In this document: one piece after another, positions 40,501-53,406 of the stretch
How positions within the stretch are numbered: the first letter of the stretch is position 1
Layout: each line of letters opens with the position of its first letter
NCBI GenBank assembly: GCA_964187785.1
Contig: OZ076409.1
Location: 18,664,001-18,728,000 of the forward strand
Reading direction: 5' to 3'
Length of the DNA: 64,000 nucleotides
From: Amphiscolops sp. MND2022
Lineage: Eukaryota
Program-made: the position numbers and the translations under genes
The notes under the pieces: model-generated
What the model was told of the DNA's origin: nothing
What the model saw: the letters and a program-made list of their open reading frames with translations, nothing else
The model's database searches: none

Positions 40501-42204
40501 CCGATCTAAATATTCTCGCTTAAAACTGGAAAAAGCCGATAAGGCTCTGCTGAGGCCTTGCGCCAATCTGCGGTAGGCAAAGGTCCTGCTAGCAAAATTG
40601 AAAGTGAGCATTTCAATAGACCTCTGGTCAGCCATTGGGAGACAATGATAGGCCTGCGAACAATCAAGTTTGCAGAAAAGCTTTTTCCCGGCCATATGCT
40701 GTGCGGCATCCGTTAAGGTGCTGACTGGGTGATTATTATTGATATAATCGTCAGATATGAGATTATTAATTTTCCTCAAGTCAACCAGTAGTCTTAAGTT
40801 GCCATTGGGTTTTTTCTGGGCGAATATGGGGCTGGCATACTTTGAGAATGGTAGTGTCGTTATAATACCATATTTATGAAGTAAAGCCAGTTCCACCAAT
40901 ATATCTTCTTTAAGATTGACCGGGGTAGGTAAGCTCTGGCTATAGGCTGGTGAATCGTCCTTCGGGGTCAATTTGACCGTAAATTCCTCGTTGACGCCGA
41001 TATCAAATCTGTGTCGGGCGAAGATGTCGTGAAATTCTACCAAAACAGCTTCTATTTGTTTGATTTCATGCTGTTGTAGCATTGAGTCCTTCCAGTCAAA
41101 ATTGCTGAGGAATTTTCGCCTAGATTCAGCATTGTCTTGCGGGTCAAGTTTTTCTATTTCTTCGAGGTTTCGTAGCTCCCTGAGGATTCTTTGTTGGATA
41201 GGCGTATGTGACGCTTCGTCCCCTGGGTTCTCAGGTGTCGGGAACCAATACTGTTCATATTGGTCATTGTTTCTATTGGCTTTAAGGAGACTGCTAATGT
41301 AGTAAATGGCGTCTTCTTCGTTTTCGTTCAATAGATGCCAGGTGGACACCGGGTCTATTGGTCGGACATGTTTCATTTGCTCAGGAGTCATCACTGAAGA
41401 ATTTGCGATATGTAACCCTTTCTTGAGTTTGTAGGGTTGATCAGTGAAATTGTTGACATGTATGTTCATAGTCCCTTCGTGCAATGTGACTATGGCGGCG
41501 CAAAATGTGACGTCGCCTTCCTCATGGAGGAGGTCACTGGGTTGTAATATCCCCGTGACTGCATTTTCGGCATAAATCTGGGACTGTATGGAGATGACTG
41601 CAAGGTCATTCGGGGGAATGGTGATGTCTTCAGGGTTGAGAATTGGCTCCATTACATTGGAATACTTGTGGTCGGCCGTTTTTAATTGCATTGAGAAGTA
41701 AGGGAAATTGAGTATGCCTTGGCGCATGTCCAGGACGGTGTGGTTCCTCTGTAGGAACATCAGTCCAATTATGGGGCTAGACAGTTTTTCCATTACAATG
41801 AAGATTTCATGAAATTCTATGTCTCCCACCTCAAATTTTAGTTCGACAGTGCTCTTTGGGGTTTCTAAATCACCATTTGCGACCATTATTTGGAAAGATG
41901 GAGCAGGGCCTTCTTTTACTATCGACTGGGGGGCCAATAGGCGTATCTTTCTAAGGTCTGCTTCCGGTATTGCACTGGAGTGGGCTCCAGTGTCAATTAG
42001 GCCGTCTAGGGTTAACTCTCCAAAATCCATTGGGAAATAAAGCATTCGTCTTTTAAATTTGAGCCCAAGGTTTGTTGAAAGGGGAACGTAGGACGGCTCT
42101 CCTTTCTTGGCCACTAAGAGATGCAGGAAGGCCGTTTCATCTAAAAGGCTGTTAGAGGCTTTGTGGCCTTCCTGTTGTTGAGTGGCGTCTACTCCTTGTA
42201 TCAT
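37549..42204 (-). CDS. pol: G1 pol (PR, RT, RNase H, IN); one premature stop at 38314-38316
   Basis: LIDTGA, YVDD, MTDAS, HRHPG..CETC, QIDLL, ITDKG, LERTH. The frame continues past the stop (EYYDRKAKA..GPF) to 37549. Confidence 0.95.
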
Positions 42205-42222
42205 TGCATCAAAATTTGGCTG

Positions 42223-44334
42223 TCAAAGATCAATGAGGGCCCGAGACAGTGTGTTGTCTTCAATGTCTGGGTCGTCCTCGTCGTCAGTTGGAGGGTAATC
42301 TTCGTTTCGAAATTGTAAATTGGTTTTGTCATATAGTTCTTCGTCCCAGTACGGGTCTTTGCCATACTCGGGGTCATAGTATTGAGGGTTATATTCTTCG
42401 ACAGTTTGTAAGGGGCGAAAGTGAGTTTCCGATTCATTGTCGTGGCTAGTACGTCTATATAAGTATGGGTGGTCGCTATGGATAATATGTTGAGTTTCCA
42501 TGCGGGCGTTGGCCATCTGCTGCTGCCAGACAGTCGATGGCATTCCTGTGGTATCGTTTTGAGTTTGTTTATAAATAATGTTTGGTGGGTCAGATATGAC
42601 ATATTGTCGCACTGACATCTGGTTGGAAACTTGGAGTCGTGGCGAAATTAGTTTTTTGAATCGGTTTTTCGAGAAGATGAATGAGTTGAAGATGTGGTTT
42701 CGGGGCTAGTTGACTTCTTGGATGATTTTTCATCTCCAGATGTGTCATCAGCCTTATCTTCAGGACGTGTCCTTTTGGGGCGTAAATGTGCTCCAGCCCC
42801 TTTCCAGCATCTCTCAACGGGTGATTTTTCTTTCCGCAAGTAGGGCATTCTGGGTATGTGGGGCGTTGGGGCTTTTTGCCATTTTTGTCCTCCAATTCCT
42901 TCTTCTTTTTCAGTTTGGGGCAGCTCTTATAAAAGTGGCCTGTGGCTTTGCAATGAGAGCATTGTGCGTCTTTATTGGTATTTATGCCGTTCGACAGCAA
43001 ATTGTTGTTGCTGGTAGACGCAGAGGCCATGGTGGCCATTGGTAAGTCATCAGACTCCTCCAATGCATTGAGTTCAAGCTCTCTTTCAAGATGAGCGACA
43101 ATTTCTTCGTATGTACCATTCTCCAGGCGGGCCATGTTGACAGATCGTTTTAATTTTGGGGGAGTTTTGCGTATAACAAGCTGTCAATCATACTTTTGGC
43201 ATTTTCGCCAAATGCTTTTTCTGCCCCCTGGTTCAGTTCTTCCAAGAAATCTGGCAATTTCATGGTGTTCGGGTTGAACGTGAGCCGATGCCATTTATGT
43301 TTTGCCGTTGCTTGGGATTCCGGTTTGACGTATTTCCTCCTGAATATGACCAGTACGTCCTCAAGTGTTTGACGGTTAATTGAGTTTATGTTCCTGAAAG
43401 TTTGTAGGGCCCCTTTCCTGAGCAAAGAGTGAAAGTGGTTAATTTTCATTTGCTCTGTCATGGCCTGTTGCATTTTGATCATTGTGTGGAACAGGTCTTC
43501 AAAAAGTTCAAATTTTTCACTTTTCCCGTCAAATGTCATTGGTGTGGTTTGGACTGGTCGGATGGTCATCGTTTGGGGTTTGTTTTGCAGATTGACTAAT
43601 ACGTCAGCCAATCTGTTGAGCGGGTCCTGGGTTAACTCTGGGACCTCGGGGTCTGGAGCTGGCAGAGTCGTATCCAGAGAGACATTGTGGTTAGATTGTT
43701 GTCTCTCCAGGTTTGGAATTGAGTGGATTCGTCCGTTCAGGATTTCGGGAATTTGCTGTTGGGTGTCGTTAACTCCTGTCACCATGTAATGACTACGACC
43801 TGCAATGTCTCTTAAATCGCATGCAGACTGTGAGTCCTTCTTTGCAAATTTTGATTTAAACCCGGATGAACATTCCCTGTTTTCCTGGCTATTTGGCGAT
43901 ACACTGGCCTCAGTGTCCCTGTTTCCTGAAGAGGACATAGAACTCACAATGTTCTGGATTTCAGGAATAACTCTTTCTGCAATGGCATTACTGATAGCTC
44001 TATTTATTTGGCTATGCATCATGGACATCATTGAGTCCATTTCTTGTGATAATCTGAGGTTGAATTCATTTGAAAAGGTCTCAAGGGATTGTCTAATATC
44101 ATCTTGCCTAGGAAGGTCGTTTTCACAAGCAAAATTAGTATACTGATTTCCCAAACGTTCATTCGACTCTACGTCTCCCTGTACTGATGATTGTTCAATA
44201 GTATCAGTTAATTCTCTTTCTATGGGATTACTAGTCCCATTTCCTAACATCACGTCCATATTTTCTATATCGGACAACATGTCCATCTCTCTAGATTTTC
44301 TTGCCCTTGCTTTCTGGCGTCTGGTAGAAGGCAT
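42223..44334 (-). CDS. gag: G1 gag, frameshifted in this copy; start codon lies inside the 5' LTR
   Basis: ORFs 43150-44334, 42590-43135, 42648-42848 and 42223-42618. FDGKSEKFELFEDLF capsid-like region; knuckles CSHCKATGHFYKSC and CPTCGKKNH(P)VERC. Confidence 0.85.
43771..43784 (-). other. G1 primer-binding site (tRNA-Leu-like)
   Basis: Minus strand TGGTGACAGGAGTT directly after the LTR end ...ATTACA. It resembles the complement of tRNA-Leu 3' ends; the tRNA identity is inferred. Confidence 0.7.
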
Positions 44335-45482
44335 AAGAGGTTATTGCAAGATTAAAGAATTTGAATTGGAATCTTTGAGCTTGCAAACAGTATTTTATTC
44401 GGTTATTCAACAACGAACTGACTGTGACTTGTCATAGGAAAATTATATCCCCGAGACCACGGGTCCCGGTTATTTATAATTGACCTTTGCATGACATACA
44501 TAATATTGAGAGTCATCAGTCTAATTTTAGTAACAAACATTCTATAAATAGACATGTAAGACTACGTGTCTTTACAAACGTAATAACATGTTTCTAAAAA
44601 TAGTAACTGCCATGACGTAATTCATTTACACACGTATATGTATATGCACGCATATAAATGTAGCAGCTGCTTTCATGATTGTTCATGTGGCCCTTCAGGC
44701 CATTCAATTGTATTTCATCAGCAACACTACATGTAGAACATTTCATGTTAATTACATGTAATAGGTATACACAAAATGGTACATAAACTCATGGGTCATC
44801 ATTTACAGCTTTCCATGGCATAAATTACTCATCTAATCCTTTACTCAAGGTATTTTGGGAAGGAAGCAAAGATGGGGGGGAAAGGACTGGAAGTCCTTTT
44901 GTAATCTCAGAGATGTAGTTTAATCAAAGCGTTTCTAAAGTAGCATCGTTTCTAAAGTAGCGCACTGCTATCTCTAGTATTCGCACCAGCTTATATTCAA
45001 TTTTGGACTCAATGTCCACGCGCCTTTGTTTGGTATAAAGACTGTGTCAGTTTGGCGGCATATGGCCTTTGAGTCTCTTAATTTAGAATACAGCACGGGA
45101 ATGAATACAGCACAGCAAATAAATGAATAGCGTCCTGTGATTGGCTGATTTTAATTGGACTGCTTGTCTGCGCTGACAGGAGAGGAAACACTTTGAACGC
45201 GTTTCCTCTACCTGTACGCCTCGGTGTCCAATTTAAAGCACATTTAAGTATAATTACATGCTTTATCGCATAACTAAGAGCAATATTATTATCAAATGTA
45301 TGGAATTACATAATACAATAATACAAAACAGTTCATCACAAAAGTTCTAATAATAGTTCCTTTGGACTTCCTGGCTCAAATCTCTGTGCCTTCTCATTCT
45401 AATGGGATTGTTCCGGGTAAAGCCCTGCAGTATCCATATGCAATTGTATACCAATTTCCATCGCAGGCGGCCGTCTGCGACA
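43785..45482 (-). repeat. G1 5' LTR (1698 bp)
   Basis: Minus strand TGTCGC...CATTACA, followed by the PBS; direct repeat of 29831-31413. Confidence 0.95.
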
Positions 45483-45619
45483 TCCTCATCTCAGAGCTCC
45501 GTGACGATATGCTCAAAGTGCAAACACGTTCCACAAGCACGTAATAGCGTGTTTCTAGGGTACCTGAGACTTCCGAAATACTTCCTAGGTTCAAGAATGG
45601 TAATTAGCTAGAATACAAT

Positions 45620-45962
45620 TTATTGGGTAATGTTGGAGGTCCCCACGGCGTAAGCTGACGTCGCAAAAGGACCACCATTTTGCCTGTTTCGCTCTTCGTT
45701 CTGAGTTATGATTTTCTCCATTAAGGACTTCAGTACTGACATTTCGTCTTGCAGTCGATTAAAACGTTCTTCGTTGGCCAACTGATTATGATCTTCATTG
45801 GTTGGTGAATTTCCACCCGATTGATTTATTTCTTCCGAGAAATTGGTCGAGGATTCCATGTTAAGATTGGGATTACTATCTGTACCGTTTAATGAAGGTT
45901 TCAGTAAAGGATCAGTTAATACTTTTCCGTTTCTAAGTATTTTAGCAGATTCAATACTCATA
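45620..45962 (-). pseudogene. LTR-borne copy of the G2 Gag N-terminus
   Basis: MSIESAKILRNGK... followed by coiled-coil ERFNRLQDEMSVLKSLMEK; the stop comes 3 codons beyond the LTR edge. Confidence 0.6.
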
Positions 45963-47374
45963 AGCAATGAGAAGCAGGAATGTTGGATAAGAGTTGAATT
46001 ATGAGAGTTGTGGTACAACTAAGCAAGAATATAAGTATTGTAGAGCAAGCAGAGTATGTAAGTGTTTTGTAATAGTTGTAGCAAATCGTGTGTCTTAGTT
46101 GGTAGCCTTCTCACCAGACCGATGGTAAGACGCAATTCTTACCATCGCTTCATCCTCATTGGACGTCGGGTAATGTTCTAATTAGCACTTGCTCACGTGA
46201 CCGGTTGTTTCGCATGTCGCAAGAGGGCTACCAATTAGCAATTGCGCAATAACACAATTCAAATCAATTATCATGAATATATAATGAACTAATGCTAGCA
46301 GACGCTCTCTGAATCATGATAGTTACTGCAATTGCGTTAGTTTAGTGTTTAAATGGATAGAATTCAGATTCAGAGGTATGGGGATGTATGAATGATGATT
46401 TACTAGCACTAAATCGATAAAATGCAAATTACAACAATTTTTGTCGTTTATTCATCGTTAAATTGATAAAAATGTAAAATATCACAAGTTTTGTCGTTCT
46501 TCCATCGTTTTCAGTAGTTGATCACGTTAGTATGGCGGTAGATGAAAAATAGATGAAATGAGTCTAGTCGGTGGTTCGTATGATCAACTAGATGTGAAAA
46601 CGATGAACCGTGTGAACAGGAGAGAGCATTTCGACAGGTGGGAGAGGTTACATCGCTTTATCATCGTCGGTGACTTTCGTCTTATGCGATGTCTAAACGA
46701 TGAAAGATTTTCATCGTTTCTTCATCGTTTGTAGATTTGAGTTGAACTGCTCAGTCATTAGCGATGTACAAACGATGGAACATTTTCATCGGTTTCACAT
46801 CGTTGTGAAATTAGCGCAAATTAAAGCAGCAGCAAGTTTCATCGGTTTCACATCGTCAATTCTAAATGTTCTTTCCTGGCTGTGTTACGTGGCCAGACGA
46901 TGTAATATAGATGAAACTAGTTTACTTTGTACTAATGTAAAGGATTTAGCACAGATTTCATCGTTTTATCATCTTCAATTGATTATTGGGCGGAATTAGG
47001 CTTGTTACGTTAGTTTGCTCTGAGGCAGGAGCTTCCTAACAGTGTTAGCTCTATTTTCTCTATTCAGCGGTCCATTTTGACCGAGAAAACTACTTCCCTT
47101 TCTCGTGACAAGCCATTAAAAAATAAAATAGCATCATTTGCTTATTAGCACGATCATGAATTGCGGACAAGCGGAACTAGAATGCTCATTATTAGATAAG
47201 TAAATAGCTCAAAATCTCAATGGGGAATAGGGGGTTAGGTACAAGTAACGTAGGGTTGCTCACAACCATAGATCTTATTATATGACATCATATTGCCCAT
47301 ATCTAAGTACATAAGACATATTATTTACATTACAGATATTTAGTAGATTATATTTCCATCATGCTGGCATGACA
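45631..47374 (-). repeat. Putative G2 3' LTR (1744 bp)
   Basis: Minus strand GGGAG|TGTCATG...TCCAACA. Contains a Gag-like N-terminal ORF that ends just past the LTR boundary, as in G1. The partner LTR is not in the window. Confidence 0.7.
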
Positions 47375-49475
47375 CTCCCGGGGGGGGATTTGGAAGAGGA
47401 GTGCAGGGGCCAAATGTGCAGAGGATGGTTGTCGCAGCGTGGGCTTTGACATGTTCCTTCGCTGGTCTCAGGGGAGTGGCCTTCGTTGGTTCTCAATGGT
47501 TTTGTGCCTTCGTTGGTTCTGTCTCATTTGTGTCTTCTCTGAGAAGGAGACGTGTTTCATCGGTTTGGTATCTGGTGTGAGCTCGGTTATTTCGGTTAAG
47601 TTTGGACGCGTCAGTTCTAGTTCTTGGCCCGTCGATTGTCCGCAGATCGGCTTGAAAATAGCTGTCAGGAGTGATTTGTAGAATCTCGCTGGAATTTGTT
47701 CACAATTGGAATTGGTAGCGTCGTTTCGTCTGATAGATTGGAGAGAATGAATAACACGTGACCGGAGAGCGGTGAACTTGTGATGGAGAGTTGAATAAGC
47801 GTGAACAAAATATTATGTAATAACTTGCGTGGTGGAGCGGCAGTAATGCCAACTGTGTGCGAGACGGAAACGTTCAGTTATCTTGATGAGTCATTAAGTA
47901 AATAAAGTAGCCACAATTTCGAGTGCGTCTTTCCGCTGAGTGTGTAAATCATTCAAATTGCTAACAACGCTGGCAGCTGCATCTAACACTTTGAGAAAAT
48001 TTCCACAGTATTTTGAGTAAATTGGTCCATTCAAACTGGTGTTTCCTCTGCTAGTTGGTGGAAGGAGGCAGTGAAATTGAATCAATATTGAAGAAATTTG
48101 AGCAGATTTATTTGTCTTTTGAGAGTGTATTGTTAGATGTAGTCGAAACGTTTTGCTTCTTTGATATTTTAAGGTTGAAATCGATCTCATATCACGGTTG
48201 ATTAGGCCATTATATTTGTCGATTACTGTTGATTTCGTTTCTTCAAATTGAGTTCACATTTACTATCCTTCGTTCAATCGTGTCGTGTTATTTTTCAGAT
48301 TGCAATCGTTGTTTCCATTTGTCATCGTCAAGATGTATGACGACCAACATATGAATCCTTTCCATGATTCTAACCCAATTCGTTAGTTATTCTTTCGTCA
48401 TCTTATTATATGACATCATATTGCCCATATCTAAGTACATAAGACATATTATTTACATTACAGATATTTAGTAGATTACATTTCCATCATGCTGGCATGA
48501 CACTCCCGGGGGGATTAGGAAGGGGAGCGCAGGGGCCAAATGTGCAGAGGATGGTTGTCGCGGCGTTGGCTTTGACAGTGTCCTTCGTTGGTCTCAAGGG
48601 ATTGGCCTTCGTTGGTTCTCAATTGTTTGGTGCCTTCGTTGGTTCTGTCTCATTTGTATCTTCTCTGAGAAGGAGACATCTTTCATCGGATTAATGTCGG
48701 TTGTGAACTCGGTTATTTCGGTTAAAGCTGGACGCGTCAGTTCTAGTTCTTGGCCCGTCGGTTGTCCGCAGATCGGCTTCTGTGGCTGTTAGGAGGGGGT
48801 GTAGAATCTCGTTTTATATCTGGAGTGCGTTGGCAGAGGTGAGGTTCATTGTTCGTTGGTTCATTGTGGAGGACGAAATAACATGTGAAAAAAAATTGAA
48901 TGAACTGTCGTTGGAAACTCACAGTAAGCGTGAATGAGAATTATGTAATATTGAGTGAAAAGCTGCGGTAGATATTCCAACTGTGTGCGTGGAGGAAACA
49001 TTAAGTTATCGCAATGAGTCATTAAGTCAATAAGGTAGCCACAATTTCGAGTGCGTCTTTCCGCTGAGTGTGTAAATCGTTCAAATTGTCAACGACGCTG
49101 GCAGCTGCATCTAACATTTTGAGAAGATTTGCACTTGATTTTTAGTAAATTGTTGTAGTCAAACTGTTGTTTTCCTCTGCTAGTTGGTGGAAGGAGATAA
49201 AGAATTGGCATCAATTTTGAAGAATTTTGATCAGATTTTTCATGTTTTTGACTTTAGTATTGTTAGATGTAGTCGAATTGTTGGTTGTTCCTTTGATTTC
49301 GTGAGATAATGTCGGTTCCATATCACGGTTGATCAGGCCATCATATCTGCCGATTATCCATGTTTTCTTTTCGTCAAATTGATTTCTTATTAATCATCTA
49401 CCTTCATTCTTGATCGATTTGTTTTTCAGATTGCAATCGTTGTTTCTGCTTGCTATTGTCAAGATGTCTGACAAC
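47273..49475. repeat. ~1.13-kb diverged tandem duplication spanning the LTR edge, PPT and cargo-gene 5' region
   Basis: 47273.. aligns with 48401.. (tcttattatatgacatcatattgccc) through ttttcagattgcaatcgttg..gtcaagatg at ~48292-48337 and ~49423-49466. Confidence 0.9.
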
Positions 49476-52400
49476 AGAGATTTGTATCCTGAGTTGAATC
49501 CGTTTAGTGAGTCATCGCTCTGTCATTGTTACTACTGTTATGGAATTGGGGCAGCTGTAATGTTCGTCATTATTTGTTTGGCCGGTGGAGAATGGATGAC
49601 ACCATCTGGGTCTGGTTTGACGCCATCTGGGTCTGGGAGCCCGAGGGTGTATACTGAACTGACAGGGGTGGGTCCGATCCCGCCTGTGCAGACTCCCATT
49701 GTACACCATCCACTTGTGCCCATGTATCCACAGAGTGAGTCTTCTACCGTCAGTCTATCGTTTCCATCGTTTATTCATCGTCAGACAATCACAATGTTAT
49801 TTCAGTGTACACTCCCTGGCAGCAGTCTCTTGGGTCGCTGTCATTGGGCTGGTACGACGGTTATTTGCGGAGCACAGTTCGTGAAGAGCTGGCTAATTCC
49901 AGTAAGTGAAAAGCTATGTTTCTGTTTTCGTGATTAATAGGTCTTGTTATGACATTAAGACCAGGTCGCATATGTTTCATCTGTTTCCCATCGTGGCCGT
50001 GGTAGCGATGTCAAAACGATGAATACTGTTGCTTTTAGTCCCGAGAGAGATGAGAGGCATGGAGAGGCCTGTCATTCGTCAGGTGGTGTCCGTTGCGTGT
50101 GGTCCCGAGCAATCAGGGACTCCTCATGATGTGGCGACTCAAACAAGGCGGGCATTCTGTATTGGGTCGTCTTCTAGTAGTGAAGGAGAGCCAGGAGCAG
50201 CCACTACTGAAGATCCAATGGAGGCTGGAGGCTCAAGTGTGGAAGCCATAGTGGGTGCTGCCGATCCGTCAGAAATTTCTGATGGCAATGTCGAGTCGGG
50301 TGTGTCTGTCGTCGGCAGTCCTCTCGTGGGCAGTGCAGTAGCTCCCAGTGGTCGTGCTGTTCGGTCAGGTAAACTAAACAGCTTCAACAATCATGTGATT
50401 TACTGTAATTCCGAGTTGTTATTGTTACCTTATTTACTTAGGTTGCTATCTGAGGTTTTTATTACGTAGTCTAGTTTGGTTGTTTGATTTGGTCAATTTT
50501 TCTTTCTTTTTTGTTTGTGAGTTTTCAGTGGCGTTTTCGTGCCCTTTTGGTACGTCGGCTGACTATTTTTGTAAAGCTTCAAGTTTTCGTCGTTTTAGAC
50601 TTTTCAGATGCGTTTTTTTGTGAAAACATCGTTTTTTCATCCTTTTACATAAGAAAAGTGTTGTTTGAGTTCGTCCCCTGTTAGAGAGGGGCTTCATCGT
50701 TTTTTCATCGGTTTTTGTTTTAGTCGCAAAGAACAGCATTCGATCCAGTTGGTTTCAGCATCCGTACGCAGGGATGTTTCTGGGGTTCGCCCGGACTCAC
50801 AGGTCGTCTGATGTGTACGTGCGATGTCTCTTGTGTCGGTGTGATTTGAAAGTCGGGAGCCGTGGCATTTCGACATTCTTAGAGCATTGTCGCGGCGTCA
50901 TTCATCACAGACTGGATTGTTTAGTTCGTTCGCGGCGTGGTCTCTTTCTACGTCGCCGGACCGGTGCAGTGATGAGTGCTGCAGAAGCGGCTGACATGGG
51001 AGAAGAGTTGCGTGGTTTGGCCGTGCCAGACGTGGAGCTATGTACTGCTTTCTCAGTTCGTGAGGTGTTCTCAGTTGAAGCGCGGGGTGGCAGTATTTGG
51101 GATTCCGTGTGTGTCTGAGGTGCTTGACAATGCGAGAAGCTTGAGATTCTTCTTGTGCTTCGTGGTTGACGCATTATACCGTGGTGGAGATGTCCCTGCT
51201 CTTACCCATCTGTGGGACTCAGTTGCAATGACTGACGTTGGATATCCGAGCCTATTGAGAGGCGGTTCTCGAAAAGAAGATGTTATTGTAAGTGCATGTT
51301 ACATGTTTTTCATGTGTTACATGTGGATATATATGTTTTCGTGATGACTTGTACCGTTACCTACTATCGTTCGTGATGTTGTTCGATTTTGTGTGTACTT
51401 CAGGCAGTACTGCTCTTCGGAATGTGGCCTTACGTGGTGCGGGCAATTTCAGCGGTCCTGAGTGCTGGAAACTACGTTGGTTCGTACGTTGAGATCGATC
51501 GGGACATGGTGCGCTGTTCTGCGACAGTGGCTGAGTCAGCTGTCCTGAGAGGGTACGTTCTGTTCGAAGTGGAGTCGACGGGTCAATGGGAACAGCGCGT
51601 AGCAGACTGGATAGCGAACTATTGGTGTTGCATGTTGGAAGAAGTCAGGCCAATCCGAATCAGTTGTACTGTAATGCCCTCTTTGCGCGGATTGACGGAA
51701 GGCGAGACTGGCTCTGGGGGTGTGCTACTGGATCCAGTCCGATTAGAGTCAGTCATGCGCGTGGTGACTTCAGCTGGGGTGTCTGTGTTCCCTGGTCAAG
51801 ACGTTCATGTTGTGGCGAATTTTTTGCTGATAAAGTTGCGTGAATGTTTGAGTGATCCAATCTTGACGGCTTGCCCAGCTCTCGTTCGAGTGAGTGTGAA
51901 TTATTATCTTTTCACTAAACGTTGCCCATATGTGATTTTAGTTTTTTTTTGGGGGGGGGGGTTGGACGTAGAGAGTGTGAGCAATTTTTGTTTTCGTTCG
52001 TTGTTATAATTGGTTGTTTTAGTGTATAATCTCTGGTGAATTTTCAAATTGGGAGATTGTGGCCGTGTTGGAGGAGCTACGTGTGTCATGGGAGAGTCTA
52101 GTTGAGGCGGTTGGATCGATTGAGTGGCAGTGTGGACCTGTTGCGGATGGAGCTACTGGTGTTGCAAGAGTCTGGGCTGTCTCTCAAGTTCCATGCAGTG
52201 GGAATGGTGTATAGATTTGGTTAATATAGTATTTGTGTTTGTCTAACTTTAATTATTGTAACTATTAATCTGGTCGCTATGTGACTGGTATAGGTTTCAT
52301 TGGTAGTACATCGTCGATTTGCTCTTTTAATTTTATTTGTGAATAAGTTTCATCGGTTAATCATCGTCTTTTGTAAATTTGTTCTTTATCGTTTGTATGG

Positions 52401-53406
52401 CTGTTTTAGTGCTACAAGGGACGCAACAGACCTTCAGTGAGCGGCTCTATCGTGGTATTTTCGGTGTTGTTGAAATCTTGGGCGTAGTACGCTGTCTCTG
52501 TCTGATGGTGGCTGAAGAAGAAGCAGTTCCGCAGACATATGAGTTGTATCGATGGGGCAGTTTGAGCTGTCTAATTTGCGGTTGGGTGGAGGAAAAGAAG
52601 CCTTAATGTTTCAAACATTTGCCAGCCATCGTTCTAGTTACACGTGTGGGGGGGGGGGTTTACCAGCATGCTGTTACTATTGTTGAAGAATTTGTTATAA
52701 CAGTTGCCATGAAATTGTTGAAGTTATCTCCATTGTCTGATCATGTCAACCGAGCCCTGGCCTTTGGAGTCCCGATATGTTGTTGCATGGTCACGTTGGT
52801 GAGATGGAAGAGCTAATGGGCTGTTTCTTGGAAATGTTGGAGCGGAATGGGCGTGTGAATTATGCTGCTAGAACGGCCATGCTCGAGTCTTTCGTGCGAT
52901 TCATTAGACGGTTTAGAGATGAACATGCTGATGATTATGACAGAAGCACTCACGAAAGTGATCTGTGGCAATATGGGTCTGCTGACGCTGCTTTGTGTCG
53001 ACTGATGAAATTGTGTTTCTGTGTGAGCGGAAGTGTCAATCAGAGCCACAGTTTCGTGAACATGAGTTTACCTTCATTGTCGTCGGAGGACCTCTGTAGT
53101 GTGTTAAGGACAATTTTGAGCTGGTGTCAGAATCAGGGTGTGAGAGGTCTACAGAGCATTCCAGACGGACTGGTATCGGACAGTAGTGATGCTATTGGGC
53201 GGGTGGTAGAGTTAGCAGCAGTCAACATGGACGATTTATGGGATGAGGTCCGGAGTCAGCGACTGACGAATACAGAGAGTCCGTTTTCGAGCGAATGGGT
53301 CTTACTGCTAGTGGAGATCGGGCGGCCAGTCCTGAGATTGGAAGTGAACATCGTTTTTGAAACAGTTTGTTTTTATGGCGTTTGTGACTGTGAGTATTTT
53401 GTATGA
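49464..53406 (+). pseudogene. G2 antisense multi-exon cargo gene, homologous to the G1 cargo gene (frameshifted)
   Basis: Exons include 50039-50368, 50724-51287 (Zn finger W..MF...VRCLLC..G..TFLEHCRGVIH), 51404-51889 and ~52410-53400. The GT/AG junctions 50368/50724 and 51287/51404 are in phase. Confidence 0.7.

Larger units (their letters stand above)
29831..45482 (-). mobile_element. Full-length 15.65-kb Ty3/Gypsy element G1 with two extra genes
   Basis: Near-identical LTRs with TG..CA ends; 5-bp TSD TCCTC (29826-29830 and 45483-45487); PBS, PPT, gag and pol all on the minus strand. Confidence 0.95.

Noticed and set aside
38627..44146. Numerous plus-strand ORFs over G1 gag-pol
   Set aside because: They are antisense shadows of the coding strand with no recognisable motifs.
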